Shown here one piece after another: positions 61,782-64,000 of a stretch of 64,000 bases of DNA; positions within the stretch are counted from its first letter, which is position 1; every line of letters begins with the position of its first letter. Under the pieces are notes generated by a model. That model was not told the DNA's origin. It did not search any database and saw nothing but the letters and a program-made list of their open reading frames with translations. The DNA is from Candidatus Omnitrophota bacterium (GTDB lineage: Bacteria > Omnitrophota > Gorgyraeia > JAHIPI01), in the NCBI GenBank assembly GCA_016783745.1, contig JADHVZ010000006.1:3397-67396 (forward strand). The letters are read 5' to 3'. A program made the translations under genes and the position numbers.

Positions 61782-63035
61782 ATGAAACCTAATAATGTAA
61801 GCGCGGAGATCATAGCTGTAGGAAGCGAGCTGCTTCTGGGGCAAATAGTCAATACAAACGCGGCCTATATTTCAACGAAGCTTTCCGAGATAGGCATAGA
61901 CCTTTTCCGCCAGTCAGTCGTTGGAGATAACCCCGAGCGGCTCACGGTTGCCCTGAAAGACGCTTTAAGTAAGTCTGATATTGTGATAACAAGCGGCGGG
62001 CTGGGGCCCACAGTTGACGATATAACTATGGCCGCAATAGCAAGCACGGTCTCCCGCCCCCTGATATTAGATGAAGAGATATGGAAGAGTATTAAAGATT
62101 TTTTTAAAAAGAGGCGCTTAAAAATGCCGCATTATGTATCAAAACAGGCGCATGTGCTTGAAGGTGCCCTGGCAATAAAGAATCCTGTAGGGACAGCGCC
62201 TGGGGTCATAATCGAGTACGGAAAAAAAACTATCATAGCCCTTCCCGGGCCTCCGCGTGAATTAAAACCCATTCTTGAAAAATCTGTCATCCCATATTTA
62301 AGAAAGAAATTCGGGAAGCGCTCGATCATACTCACTCGCTCTATCCGGACTGCGGGACTGCCCGAATCTTACGTTAATAAAAAGATCAGAAAGTTTTTGA
62401 TGATGTCAGGACAGGTGACTGCCGGTATTTATTCCCGTCCGAATGAGGTGGATATAAAAATAACCGCGAAAGCCGTAGATAAAAAAAGGGCCACCGCGAA
62501 AATAAAGAAAGTTGAGAAAAATATATTGAGCATTTTAGGAAAGGCGGTTTTTGGATTTGATGGTGACACGCTGGAACTTATTGTAGGAAAAGAACTTACA
62601 AAAAAACATATGACGCTCTCTATCGCCGAGTCCTGCACCGGAGGGCTGATATCCAGCAGGATCACAAATATCTCAGGAAGCTCCAAATATCTGGACAGGT
62701 CTATTATAACATACAGTGATAGATCAAAAATAAAAGAACTCGGCGTTAAGAAGGACCTTATCGCCAGGCATGGCGCGGTAAGCAGGCCTGTTGCTGTAGC
62801 AATGGCGAAAGGTATTCGCGGCAGGTCAGGTTCTGATGTAGCTTTAGCCGTTACGGGTATTGCCGGGCCTTCTGGCGGGACAGAGGAAAAACCCGTGGGG
62901 TTGGTTTATATAGCACTGGCAAAGCAAGGTAATGTGCGCTGCGTAGAGCGCCGTTACATCGGTAATCGAACTGATATTAAATACCAGGTATCGTCAGCCG
63001 CTCTGGAGTTATTAAGGAAAGAGCTCCTCAAATGA
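61782..63035 (+). CDS. cinA: Competence/damage-inducible protein CinA (with PncC domain)
   Basis: VGSELLLGQIVNTNA, GGLGPT.DD, AESCTGG, GAVS and TGIAGP.GG motifs. Confidence 0.96.
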   Translation: MKPNNVSAEIIAVGSELLLGQIVNTNAAYISTKLSEIGIDLFRQSVVGDNPERLTVALKDALSKSDIVITSGGLGPTVDDITMAAIASTVSRPLILDEEIWKSIKDFFKKRRLKMPHYVSKQAHVLEGALAIKNPVGTAPGVIIEYGKKTIIALPGPPRELKPILEKSVIPYLRKKFGKRSIILTRSIRTAGLPESYVNKKIRKFLMMSGQVTAGIYSRPNEVDIKITAKAVDKKRATAKIKKVEKNILSILGKAVFGFDGDTLELIVGKELTKKHMTLSIAESCTGGLISSRITNISGSSKYLDRSIITYSDRSKIKELGVKKDLIARHGAVSRPVAVAMAKGIRGRSGSDVALAVTGIAGPSGGTEEKPVGLVYIALAKQGNVRCVERRYIGNRTDIKYQVSSAALELLRKELLK

Positions 63036-63601
63036 ATGATAAAATACGCTGCTTTATAGCGATCGAGCTATCAAAGGAGATAAAACAGGCTCTGGAAGAG
63101 ATCGAGAGCAAGCTGCAAGAGACGATTCGCGGCGTTAAATGGGTAAATCCGGATAATATCCATCTTACCTTGAAGTTTTTAGGTAATATCGAAGCAAGCG
63201 CGGTTGAAGATATAAAAAAGATCTTAGATGGCGCTGCATCCGGCGCCGGGCCTTTTAAAATAAAACTTTCAAACGCCGGAGCCTTTCCGGATCCGGCCAG
63301 GCCTCGCGTAATATGGATAGGTATTGACGAAGGCACAAAAGAAAGTACTGATCTGGCGGATCTGATCGAGCAAAAAGCTGAGCCTTTAGGTATTGAAAAA
63401 GAAGGCCGCCCTTTTCATCCGCACCTGACTTTAGCCCGGGTTAAATTTTTAAAAGATAGGGATTCCGTTAAAAACGCCTTCACTTCCCTGAAAGTACCGC
63501 ATGCTGAGATGACTGCCCCAAAAATCACACTCTTTCAAAGCAATCTTACCCCGCAAGGCGCTGTTTACACACCCATACATCAGGTAGAACTAAAAAAATA
63601 A
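63032..63601 (+). CDS. thpR: RNA 2',3'-cyclic phosphodiesterase (2H family)
   Basis: RCFIAI, HLTLKFLG and PHLTLAR motifs. Confidence 0.93.
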   Translation: MNDKIRCFIAIELSKEIKQALEEIESKLQETIRGVKWVNPDNIHLTLKFLGNIEASAVEDIKKILDGAASGAGPFKIKLSNAGAFPDPARPRVIWIGIDEGTKESTDLADLIEQKAEPLGIEKEGRPFHPHLTLARVKFLKDRDSVKNAFTSLKVPHAEMTAPKITLFQSNLTPQGAVYTPIHQVELKK

Positions 63602-63677
63602 GGGTAGATACGAAGTGTATCTGCCCATTACTTATAGGACAGCTTCTCATTAGAGGGCTATTGAGAGCTGTTCCTAT
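63602..63677 (+). terminator. Two hairpins downstream of thpR
   Basis: GGGTAGATAC-gaagt-GTATCTGCCC and ATAGGACAGCTTCTCA...TGAGAGCTGTTCCTAT; no long U tract. Confidence 0.45.
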
Positions 63678-64000
63678 TTGGTTGATGTTTTTTTATTCTA
63701 TTGTTTGGAATGGAGTCCTTTCAGCTCCGGGGGTTTTGCTGCTATTTGAGATCTTAGTACTACTTCTCCTTTCTTGCCCAGTCTATGGGGTTTTTAAAAC
63801 TCTTTGGTTAATGGTTAAATAAAAAGACATAAAAAAAACTAACTTTTACAACATTTTTAACTATTTCCATCTACCGTAGAGTGTACCATATGATATCTGA
63901 AAATTCAAGTGATGAAATCTTACTTTTTTATCTTTAACTAATTTTACTTGAGGAACGTTCTAGCTATCAAAAATACACATACAGCCAGGTAGGAATACAA

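Overview
Bacterial chromosome segment. Gene order and protein style suggest Candidatus Omnitrophota or another PVC-group organism (inference only). Almost all genes are on the minus strand. Housekeeping content in coordinate order: partial groEL and groES with a perfect CIRCE, coaX, birA, uvrB, nadC, rluB, valS, cimA, lysC, cstA, apgM, thrC, hom, tRNA-Pro(GGG), gpsA, plsY, der, pgsA, lepB, lepA, a phosphohexomutase, rpe, two peptidases, ruvX, manC, the trp and his genes, alaS, recA, and a divergent cinA-thpR pair. Two things stand out. (1) About 13 kb of carbohydrate-active genes split the trp operon between trpF and trpB: a sugar-binding lipoprotein, a GH94 phosphorylase, two GH-A barrel proteins that carry Asp where the acid/base Glu is expected, two paralogous secreted CBM-like proteins, an (alpha/alpha)6-like protein and a GH35. 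(2) Many gene junctions carry 'tandem short-repeat arm - short spacer - inverted arm' elements of several families (7, 7/8, 10, 15 and about 17 bp units) that share spacer motifs. One appears to enclose trpB, one cuts an ABC ATPase at its Walker B motif, and units of one family lie in frame inside trpE. Also present: a TA-flanked MITE-like palindrome, a GIY-YIG gene between inverted REP-like repeats, and an in-frame palindromic insertion in manC. No database searches were run; all calls come from motifs visible in the sequence.
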